From Wallemia ichthyophaga EXF-994 (taxonomy: Eukaryota > Fungi > Basidiomycota), in the NCBI RefSeq assembly GCF_000400465.1, contig NW_008806274.1:750244-782243 (forward strand): DNA of 32,000 nt. Reading direction: 5' to 3'. The notes below the pieces were generated by a model. The model saw only the letters and a program-made list of their open reading frames with translations. It was not told the origin of the DNA and made no database searches. Each line of letters opens with the position of its first letter. Positions within the stretch are counted from its first letter, which is position 1. This document shows positions 20,526 to 29,956 of this stretch, piece after piece. The translations under genes and the position numbers were made by a program.

Positions 20526-21125
20526 ATGGTCACGTTCCAAATATCTGCAGTACGCTGCGCAATATACAGTATCCTGTCAGCAGTAGTGATAGCTTATTTT
20601 ATACCTAATAAATTCATTACCAATCTCAAAAGTATAGCTGCAACGGTAGTAGCTGCGTCACTTTTCCAACACCTAAGTAAATACAGCCTAGCAGCGGATA
20701 GTCGATGGTATTCACCCCCGGATCATAACAAAGTGCCTTGAATTACCGCCAGCATCCTCTTAACGACTCTTATACTTCGAGATATTATCTTTAGTCGGAC
20801 GTCAAACACACCTAGGCCACAAATGAAGAGTAAAATAATAACGCTAATGGTTAAATTTCTGATGGAATGCTTTTATAGGAGTTTCTTTGTGTGTTTCCCA
20901 TCTTGGTTTGTCACATTGTATGTGAGAGATCGGCTGCTAATGGAAACGTATGCTTATCTTATTGCTTTATTATCGGTTGCATGGGTTGGATTGCGCGGTT
21001 TTATAGCTCTACTAGAGACTTACAGGGAAGGAAAGCAAGGGACAACAGCGGCAGACGAGAATGCCATATCATTAGAGAATAACGGCGATTTCGAGAAGGT
21101 TAGTAAGCTCGCTGTTTATAACTGA
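20526..21125 (+). pseudogene. Multi-TM membrane protein paralog A (199 codons) interrupted by one in-frame TGA at 20739-20741
   Basis: ORFs 20526-20741 and 20823-21125 share a frame and are joined by 27 sense codons (ITASILLTTLILRDIIFSRTSNTPRPQ). Gapless by-eye alignment to the 21505 ORF. The status (pseudogene, split gene or recoded) is unresolved. Confidence 0.7.
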
Positions 21126-21492
21126 ATATCACACCGTGCATCAAGTGTAATCCCTCTAGATGTCGCTATAAATGTCTCTAAATTAAAGCATAATGAGACC
21201 TTGATACATGTTAAAACAGCATAATGAAATCCTAATACCTAACATTAGGGCGCAGACATTAAGCATTGCATTTATCAGCGCCGCGTCGACTTGCTTTTGA
21301 CCGATTTGGAAACCTTATGGTGTTGACAAATAAAGTACTTGGCAGCAAATACAAGCACTAAGTATTACCAACGCACTCTTTTGTGTTTCAAACGCATCTG
21401 TACTCGCCTGGATTCTTTACTTTTAAATGAGTCCATATCGATAAAATTCGAAGCTCGCCCGAGCCCCGCGCGCATCCAGGCCGGCTAAAATC

Positions 21493-21527
21493 TCGTTCTT
21501 TTCTATGATGTCGTTCTTTTCTATGAT
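21493..21527 (+). repeat. Perfect 17-nt tandem duplication (18-nt period) spanning the start codon of paralog B
   Basis: TCGTTCTTTTCTATGAT at 21493-21509 and 21511-21527; gives in-frame ATGs at 21505 (also 21508) and 21523. Confidence 0.9.
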
Positions 21528-22059
21528 CGTAACTCGTATTATAGTGGAACTTTTTTCATTTATACTTCTCATTTCACTGCAAATTTATGGATTAAGGAAG
21601 CTCCTACCCATTTCATTAGAACATGATATAAAGAGCCAATTTATCTACGCAATAATCCCAGGGCTCTACGGAGTCCTCAACGATTATAATCTATTACCAG
21701 ATTTCAGATGGTACGATATACCTGACTACTGCGTATTGCCTTGTACAATCGCTGGAGCGCTTTTCCTGGCTGTCGTTATGCCAGAGAAAATGTTTGCTTA
21801 CCATCCTTCGTTCAAAGGCGCTCCACCACACAAGAACAGTTTCACTCCACTCTTAGCATACATTATGACGTTTTCAGACACAAGCTTCTTTCTCACTTCT
21901 CCACTCTTCTTATGTATGGTTTTGGCGTCCTTCTTTTTGGAGGATAAAAAGCCTTTAAGAAGAATGTTTGGAAACGCGGTAGGTCTCTATGCGATTATGG
22001 CGGTTATGTCACGTGGGATGGTTGAAGTGATAGAGGCGTGCAGCGAGGAGAAGCCGTAG
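21505..22059 (+). CDS. Multi-TM (about 5-6) membrane protein paralog B, 184 aa, with a 43-codon coding-like in-frame tail after its TAG (to 22191)
   Basis: Several hydrophobic segments. Shares KS..L(F/Y)..L..Y.L..D.RWY..PD....P and SFF...P with paralog A in register. After the TAG (22057-22059) the frame continues KATAEKRVLPEEEKGRNEMTGEAAESAGEKGLLKKEEIEVDGS to a TGA at 22189-22191. Confidence 0.7.
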   Translation: MMSFFSMIVTRIIVELFSFILLISLQIYGLRKLLPISLEHDIKSQFIYAIIPGLYGVLNDYNLLPDFRWYDIPDYCVLPCTIAGALFLAVVMPEKMFAYHPSFKGAPPHKNSFTPLLAYIMTFSDTSFFLTSPLFLCMVLASFFLEDKKPLRRMFGNAVGLYAIMAVMSRGMVEVIEACSEEKP

Positions 22060-22589
22060 AAAGCAACAGCCGAGAAGAGGGTTCTACCAGAGGAAGAAAA
22101 GGGGAGAAATGAGATGACAGGCGAAGCAGCGGAATCTGCAGGCGAGAAGGGGTTGTTGAAGAAGGAAGAAATAGAAGTTGATGGAAGCTGAGACAATGAA
22201 ATACCAATGACGAGACATTCATAGACAAACGAAGAGCTTATATGCATGATGAAGAAATTGAGATAAAACTTACTTATTGATATAGATGAACTAACGATAG
22301 AGTGATATAGAGTGCAATAGTGATATTTTCAGTGTGTTTTGATGTCTTGAAGTGAGAGAAAGCTGAAATACGAGACACTATAAATAGGTAAAAGGAATCA
22401 GTGATAGGCTAAAAGCATGTTGCGAAATTATACATGACATCGATCAGGGAGAGAAAGCCTTTACTGTCACGACAGTAAACCCTTTTGTTTAGAGTATCGG
22501 AATATTCGAAACCTAGATTGAAGGAATAGCGGAGCATGTACCAAAGTGACTTGTTCGTATTGCAGACACAAGCAAATGTCGTCGTACTG

Positions 22590-23292
22590 AGCGAACAGCT
22601 CTTAATCTTGATCAGTTAGACCGACATGAACGAATTAGAGATGTTGAAGTGTCGGAAAGACGTCTGTGAGTTCAGCGAGGCTGAGATAATTCAAGGGGGC
22701 GATGGAAGACATGTCCTAAAGATGCTGGAGAAAGTGAGGAATTGGGAGCACTGCGCGGTGAGCTCGTTGAGTGTGTCGGAGGAAGGGACCATGCTCACGG
22801 CGTCTTCTGGCAATGTTACCCGGTTGAGCTTGGAATAGTCTGTGTTAGTTAGTCCGCATGTGTATCTTGGGGAGTTATCCATGCGCATGTCGAGAGTGAG
22901 TGTGGAGAGGTGCGGGAGGCGTGAGATGCCATGTGAAAGGTCAATTAGAGCACCTATTTGGGCATTTATGAAGAAATTGAATCCTCTTTTAACTTGTGCT
23001 TGAAAGTGACACTTGCGCCAATTGTATGTTTTAGATACTTAACTGTCTTTTCAGAGCTGAGAAAGTCGATCAGGTTGTCAATCTAACCAATATTTCCAGT
23101 CGATATAAATGTTTCATGGTCAAATTAAATTAAGGCGCAGTGAATGTGTACCAGAGGATAGACTGGCAGATCTGTTGAGTCTTCTGGGAGTTGCGGGAGG
23201 TTGCTGAGCTTAAATGTGTGAATTTTATGGTTATTCTTGTCCAGAGTGGATGTCTGCTGAGCCCAGCGAACTTTTGCCTTCACTTTAGACAT
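22590..23292 (-). pseudogene. Degenerate multi-exon gene with LRR-like fragments
   Basis: Fragments MSKVKAKVRWAQQ..LPVYPL, IDNLIDFLSSEK.., ..LSHGISRLPHLSTLTLD..YSKLNRVTLP and HFLQHL*DMSSIAPLNYLSLAELTDVFPTLQHL*FVHV lie in shifting frames with TAG/TAA stops. One intron-like GTACAC..TTAG is visible. Boundaries are approximate. Confidence 0.4.
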
Positions 23293-23388
23293 TCTAGGTG
23301 CAAGTAAACAAAGGGAGCGATGCAATGTAGAATTGCGATATAGTAATACAATCTAGCAATACATAAGTCTATAAAAAGGCATTGTTAC

Positions 23389-24037
23389 TTAACCAAGGAT
23401 CGTGATTTGCTGATAAACCAAAGAAGGCAGGCTTGTTCTGAGTTCATCGCCCAGATCACAGACTTGGTCGTATAGATGGTGCAGTTGCTGCTTATCGTGT
23501 GTATCTAGCTTCTGTCCAAGCTTTTTATCAACGACCGGCACAACAATCTTCTTTGTCTTCTGTTCAGTGTATCTGATGAGGTTATTGATCTCACTGTAAT
23601 TGAAAATTGTAGTGTTCTTCATGTTGAATCTGCTCAATTCGCCACTAGCACTTTCAATTACGCTATTCAGCTGCTCCAGTAGGCTATTCATCACTCTAAC
23701 ATCTCCAGACGCGCTAATATCCTCAAGTTCGCTCAACGCCTGCGTGTAGTTGTTATTCAGATCGATATTTCTCACTATCTCCGCTATCGATAGTTCCCGT
23801 GGAGGCGTTGTTGTGGTATTGGTGGCGGTATTATTGAGAGCGATTGGTGTAATAGTTGTACCCTGTTTTTCACCCTGAATACCCTCTGTATTTCCCATTA
23901 CTTCTTTAACCAAAGGCTGAGCAAAAGCAGTGGCTATTTGAGTATCAGCAATTAGGCATTACGGCACCACTGATCCACCCACCTGCAATTGCAATCGCAA
24001 ATGCACTAAAAATTAACCCTATTTTATTCAGCAACAT
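23389..24037 (-). CDS. Secreted protein of unknown function with a Thr-rich stalk and several N-glycosylation sequons, 199 aa
   Basis: Exons 24037-23983 and 23933-23389; a 49-nt intron GTGGGT..GCTGAT..TAG adds the signal peptide MLLNKIGLIFSAFAIAIAATAFA-QP to the ORF-track frame. Confidence 0.8.
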
Positions 24038-24285
24038 GGTTGTACTTGTGTAAGATACTAAACATTGTTTCCGAATTTGGGCGCAGTGAGGCTGCGGAAT
24101 TTAGCAAAATGACGTGATGGGTGTAGAGGTATAAAACACACCAAATAATACTTCCACTCCCAATCCCACTCAGTGACATATATTTTTCTGTTCCTCGCCA
24201 CTCCAATCTGTCAGTCTTATTTTTATTCGTACCTGGTGCTATTTATACCATGGCCAAGATGATCTTCATATATCGTCATACAACA

Positions 24286-26783
24286 CTAATCCAATCTCGG
24301 CTGCTTGTTTTGCTGCTTAATCTCTCCAGTGTCGCTCTTGCGCTTCCCGAATGTTATCTTGCCACCGAGTTTGAGTCCACCGGCTTGTGCGCCTGCGCCT
24401 GTGCCTGTGCTTGTGCTTGCACCTAAACTACCAATGGGTGCGAATGTCGACTTGGCGGGCTGCTCTTGCTGCTCCGGTGCCGGACTGCTGCCGACGGGGA
24501 CGAAAGAGGAGGTGCCATTAGCTTGCGTGTGTTGATTATCTTCTGGAGGAGCAAGTGTACTAGTGCTAGTGCTTGCAGTTGTATCATCACCTGCCCTATT
24601 ACCAACACTTTCAACTGCATTCCCACTCCCACCGCTCCTCTTCTCGAGTCGAGAACCAGCGTCGAACAAAGAATCACTCTGAGGAGCAGCACCTCTATTA
24701 CCAACAGAGAGCACCATATGTGCTGAACCAGTGGCTTCTCTCCTAGACTGAAATGCCCCCATGACATTGAGCGGAGTTTCGCCACTAGTCATAGCCATCT
24801 GCCTACGTTCCATCTCAATTTGTCTAAGTTTCTTCTCCTGCCCCTTGGTACCCTGACCTCTACCATGAAATTTATAATTGAGGTATTTCCACGCCTCCTT
24901 AGCTGTCTGCGCGCGCCCAGTCTCGTCATGGTACTTGATATCGACCGACGGTTTATAATTGCGCTCGAATGCTTCTTTGTCTTCCTGGGCAGAACGTGCG
25001 TCGCGCGAGCGCAATTCACGATCACGATCCTGCTGCGACTTGGTCTCGTCGAGACGGATGCGTTGGCGGTGCTCCTCGCGTACTACCTCTCGCGCGCGCT
25101 GGTCAGCGAGGAAATGTAGACTTTCACTCTGCACACGCTCTCGCTCTCGCTGTTCTGGCGTTAGTGCTTCTATCTGGCCCTGCTGCTTGAGCGACGCGAG
25201 GAGTGATCCGAGCCCTTTAGCGTGTGTGGTGTGTGTGGGGGGATTTGTGGGTGTGTTTGCGGTGGATTCCTTTTCGAAACCTCCGTCTCCTTGGTAACTT
25301 TGTTCTCCTTTCTCCTCCTCCTTCTTTATCCCATCCACATCCTCAATCGTTACATCCATATCGGCAGCCACGTCGAGGGGTTGGTCACCATCTACACTTA
25401 GATCAGGCTCCTTCTTCACACTCACACTCTCATGTACCTCTTGCGCCTCTTGTTGCGGTGCCATTTGGACAGTACGTATGAATTCACTAGTATCGTCCAA
25501 CACCAGCGACTTTGCCTTTCCATCGAACTCTTTTTCCGTCTCTTCACCATTTCTGCGCATATCAATCTCATCCAGCTCGCCAATCTCAGCTGCTATTTCT
25601 TCAGGCTTCTTCTGGCGCACCGCCTTGCTCCGCCGCTGCTTATCTCGCCTCTGCTTCGCCAGGGCTATTTGGAGATCATCGTCATCTATCATGTTGGTGT
25701 GTTCAAGGTTGGCACGTTCACGTGGAGCGGGTGGTTTCATTTCTACATGTGTACTTGTACTTGTGTCTATCTGCATATCGCCATCGACCACTTCAGCCTT
25801 GCGTGTGCTCCTCTTCTTAGTCTTTTTGGTCTTTGGTTTCTTGAATCCTACATCACCCTCTTTGAGGAAATCGCTAGGCTGCTCATTCTTCAGATAGTCA
25901 AGACTGAGAAGAGTTTTGTTAAGTTTTTCGGTAGGCTGAGTGAGGGTGGAGTTGTCATGATTATCTGTGGTATTTTTAGAGGTGTGCGCGGTTGCATCAC
26001 CTAGTCTGAATCCACTATCTGCACCAGCGAGCTCCTCATCATATTTACTAAGTAGGGCTGGCTTTTTAGCTGCACCATCAGCTCCAAACTCCTCATCATC
26101 TAGACCTGTATACTGACGCGCTTTCACGCCTTTACTCAGCTCCGCTCTCTCTCTACCCCGTTCATCCTCTGCTAGGTCAAGATTTTGTAGCTCGTCATCG
26201 GCGTCGTCGAGCACAGCGCCGTCTTTGAGAGTAAGGATGTGGTCTTTACCCTCAGCGAAATCATCGACATTGTGACCCACTCTCAGTCCGGAGAGGTGGG
26301 ATTCGTTGTAGTTGGAATCATCCTGAGTGTACAGGTTGTCTTGCTCCAATTGCGCCCGCGCTACTCGCTCAGCAGCCTCTTTCTGCTTACGTTTAAGTCG
26401 TTTGGCCCATTTCTTTGCATCATCTTCTCCGGTATCCTCACCAAGCGTTTTACCTTTAAGGCGTTTATTCAGTTGTAGTTTGTTGCGGGTACGCTCGATA
26501 TTCACTCGCTGCTCTTCACTCTCGCGCTGCTTCTGCTCATCTGCTTTGAGAGTGGCGTAGTTGGATTCTGCTGACTGTGGGGGTTTTTAGAGGGGGTAAA
26601 ATATATATAAATAAAAATACGCGCACCTTTTCATTGTTCTGTGAGCTATTGTCATCTTGAATTGGCTGTGAGAGATGTGAGATGGGAGATGGAGATGAGA
26701 TGGAGATGCGTCACCTTCAAACCAAGCTTGACACGCATAGCGTTGGTGTCCTCGAGGGACATTGATTCCGTGGCTTGCGACAT
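24286..26783 (-). CDS. SNU66: U4/U6.U5 tri-snRNP protein Snu66/SART-1, ~798 aa
   Basis: Exons 26783-26715, 26665-26627, 26574-24286; introns 49 and 52 nt. HIND-like motif MSLEDTNAMRVKLGLKPI; LSGLRVGHNVDDF..ILTLKD; YKPSVDIKYHDETGR..KEAWKYLNYKFHGRGQG..KKL. Confidence 0.93.
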
Positions 26784-26865
26784 GCCCTATATACACAGAT
26801 GATGGACGTAAGAGATAAACAAGTAAATCGTCATGAGTAAAGGAAGAATACAAAATAAAGATAAA

Positions 26866-27488
26866 TCAGACAACGCCAGGCTTTGGGTCAGCGGTAGTTT
26901 CACCAGTGCTGACGGATTGAGCAACATCAATCGAGCCAGTGAAGGAGCCACCACGCTCTTGGGCCTTTGACTTGTAGTTTCTAATAGCAGAGCGAATAGC
27001 GTCTTCAGCGAGCATGGAGCAGTGGAGCTTGACAGGTGGGAGGGAGAGTTCGCGTGCAATGTCGGTGTTCTTGATAGCACCTGCTTCGTCGAGGGTCAAG
27101 CCTCTCACTCTCTCAGTCATGAATGAAGAGGAAGCGATGGCAGAACCACAACCGAAAGTCTTGAACTTTACATCAGAGATGAGTCCCTTATCGTCGACCA
27201 TTATCTGCAGCTTCATAACATCACCGCATGCAGGTGCACCAACGACACCAGTACCGACATCCATATCGTTCTTGTTGAGTGAACCGACCTGCCAAGTGTT
27301 TTAGTAGATATTCTCATCTTTTACCAGCCAACGCCACTCACGTTACGTGGGTTTGAATAATGGTCCATTACGCGTTCATGGTAGAGACGAGCAGTGGATG
27401 GTGCAGCCAATGTGCGTGGCTGTAGCTGAATAGCTGGCCTGGCCACGCTGGCAATTCTTGTCGAGCTTCTTAATACGTTTGTAAACAT
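26866..27488 (-). CDS. ISU1: Mitochondrial Fe-S cluster scaffold (IscU/NifU-N family), 189 aa
   Basis: Exons 27488-27342 and 27288-26866; 53-nt intron. Presequence, then YHERVMDHYSNPRNVGSL, VGAPACGDVMKLQI, FKTFGCGSAIASSS, LPPVKLHCSMLAEDAI. Confidence 0.97.
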
Positions 27489-27549
27489 GTTGATTGTTTA
27501 TGTTGAAGAAGTCACGGGCTACGTCACAGAGTCATATTTTTTGAAAATT

Positions 27550-28296
27550 TTAATCAATTTCATTATAGAGATCAGCTTGTCCAAATCCGCCGATTACACA
27601 CATGAGAACCATCCATGTGTTTTTGGTCGTCGGTGGGTTGTTGATATTGATCAATGACATAACACCCCTAGCCAATACTCTCAAATTACTAACGAGATTT
27701 CCACTAAAATCTTCAGGTCGGCTAGCCATCAAGAAGACTAACCAACGCGTTTGCAGATCACCGAGATTCTGGTTTTGTTGTGCATCCTCCACTAAGAAGG
27801 TCATTAGAGTGATAGCGGAGACGCAAGTTAGTGATTTTAAAATAGAAATCTTTGGTTCATGCGATTGATTGTTGATGTAATTGATCCACCCGGATCTATC
27901 CTTTTTACCTGGGAACGGCATGTACCCGTGTGGCAAATGGGATAGTGGGGGTGGCTTAATAGTGGCTATCAGACTCCGGAGTTTCTTGAAGTTTGCTGAA
28001 TAAGATTGCTGCCATTCTGAGTGAGTGAATGAGTGGCTGCTTGATTGGGTATTTGAACCAGCCACTTGGACTCCCTCATACGGATTCAACACGCGTTTCT
28101 GATTCGGTATTCTGGCTGCCTCGCGTCTTTTCTGGCGTTGAGCGTATCACACTCATAATCCCATCACCCACCTCACTGTAAACAGATACTGGGCTCCATC
28201 GGCCACCTCTCCACTGAAATCCATTGGCAATTCAGCCACAGGAAGTACTTGTGCGCCAGTTGAGATATCCTTGCTCTCATCCCGATCACTGCTCAT
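27550..28296 (-). CDS. Gemin2/SIP1 (Brr1-like) snRNP assembly factor, ~233 aa
   Basis: Exons 28296-28172 and 28126-27550; a 45-nt intron GTGGGT..AAAG restores QVLPVAELPMDFSGEVADGAQYLFTVRREAARIP (DG.EYL..VR.EA signature). The C-terminal half has WLVFLMA..P..LRVLAR and FGQADL. Confidence 0.75.
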
Positions 28297-28341
28297 CGCC
28301 GTGTCTGTTGAACAACGTCCACCACCATCCACCACCATATC

Positions 28342-29828
28342 ATGTCTTTGTTCAGGCCATTTAGAAATTCAATTCCCTTTAGGAGTTTATCCACCAACGC
28401 CGCCGCCTATATCCACCCCACACACCCAGACTCCCCCCAACCCCAGGCCACGCACGACAAACTCGCGCGCTACTCTCGCAGTGTTCTCAACACATACGCA
28501 CGCCCACCAATAATCTTCACCCGCGGAAGTGGTCTCTACCTCTACGACTCCCAGCACCGATCCTACCTCGACATGAGCGGCGGTATTGCCGTCAACGCGC
28601 TCGGGCACGCTGACGAGGGCGTGGCGAGGGTGATGGGCGAGCAGGCTGCCAAGCTCGTGCACAACAGCAACCTCTACCACAACGAGTGGTCGGGTGAGCT
28701 GGCCCACTTGCTCACCACCCTCACCAAGCTCCATGGCGGTATGGGCTACCAGCCCAATTCCGCCGACTCGTCCGGCCTCAAAGTCTTCTTGGCCAATTCA
28801 GGCACCGAAGCCAACGAGGGTGCCTTGAAGTTCGCCCGTGTCTCCGGCAAAGCCAGGGCAGAGAAGGTGGGTGTGGATGCCGCGGACAAGAGCGAGCTCG
28901 TCTGCTTCCGCAACGCCTTCCACGGCAGAAGTATGGGTGGTTTGTCCGTCACACCCAACCCCAAATACCAAGACCCTTTCGCACCTCTCATCCCAGGCGT
29001 GCGCGTCGGCGATATCAACGACATCCACTCCCTCACCTCCCTCGTTACCGAGAAGACATGCGGCGTCATCATCGAACCTGTCCAAGGTGAGGGCGGGATA
29101 CACAATGTGGATGTGGAATTCCTGCAGGCTCTCCGCAGACGCTGCGACGAGGTCGGTGCTGTGCTCATCTACGACGAGATTCAGGTGTGTGCCGTTTGTG
29201 TAGGTGGATAATGACCCTTCTAACTTTGCCTCCAGTGCGGTCTCTTCAGAAGCACCGACCTCTGGGCCCACTCCGCTCTTCCACCTAACGCACACCCCGA
29301 TCTCATCACCATGGCGAAGCCACTCGCAAATGGGTTCCCTATCGGTGCAGTGATGATGCGTGATAGTGTAGCTGAGCATGTGTCGCCTGGTGAGTGGTTG
29401 ATTTCTTTGCCACACGCGCCATTTAACTCTCTTCAGGCTCCCACGGCACCACTTTCGGCGGGTCACCACTATCCACGTGCGTGGCACACCACGTACTCAC
29501 ACGTCTGGCGCAGATGCCCGACTTGAAGGCGCGCGCGGGAGTTCTGCGCGAGAGGCTCGACGGTCTCGCTGCTGCATACCCCGATGTGGTAAAGTCGCCG
29601 GTGCGCGGGAGGGGCTTCCTCCTCGGCCTGCCTTTCCTCAACTCGGCTCACCCCGCACGCGCACTCACCCTCGCACGCCAACGCGGCCTCCTCATCCTCG
29701 TTGCGGGATCAGACGCCGTGCGTATCGTGCCCAGTCTGACCATCGCTGAGAGCGAGATACATGAAGCTTGCCATGTTCTCGAAGCTGTTCTCGAGGTACT
29801 GAGGAGGGAGAGTGAGCATGGCGTGTAG
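28342..29828 (+). CDS. ARG8: Mitochondrial acetylornithine aminotransferase (class III PLP enzyme), 462 aa
   Basis: Exons 28342-29184, 29236-29389, 29437-29828; introns 51 and 47 nt. Motifs YLDMSGGIAVNALGH, NSGTEANEGALKFAR, FHGRSMG, EPVQGEGG, YDEIQCGL, DLITMAKPLANGFPIGA (PLP Lys), HGTTFGG, VRGRGFLLG. Confidence 0.96.
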
Positions 29829-29956
29829 TTGCGTGAGTGGGAATGTGAATGCGCAATCCACTGCCCGTTTATATGCTTGTTTGTAATCCATTTTAAAGAT
29901 AGATTTCGTTTATTTAAACCCACATCACTCTTATCAGCCACAGCCACACACACACA

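Noticed and set aside
20739-20741. Selenocysteine reading of the TGA that aligns with Cys
   Set aside because: Sec machinery is not known in Dikarya, there is no redox motif around the site, and I saw no convincing SECIS downstream. TGT>TGA is a single substitution.
22057-22091. Intron starting GTAGAA that might remove paralog B's TAG
   Set aside because: Available acceptors give 14- or 35-nt introns, below the observed size range; the longer one shifts frame into an early stop.
25432-26004. Several overlapping plus-strand ORFs (up to 190 aa) within SNU66
   Set aside because: Antisense to a well-supported conserved CDS; typical stop-poor shadows of charged coding sequence.
26666-26714. CATCTC-type repeats in SNU66 intron 1, plus (GT)n in ATG8 intron 5 and (CAT)n at ~20237
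   Set aside because: Ordinary short microsatellite-like tracts.
28746-29487. Minus-strand ORFs of 140 and 229 aa over ARG8
   Set aside because: Explained by the high GC and codon bias of ARG8; no recognisable motifs.
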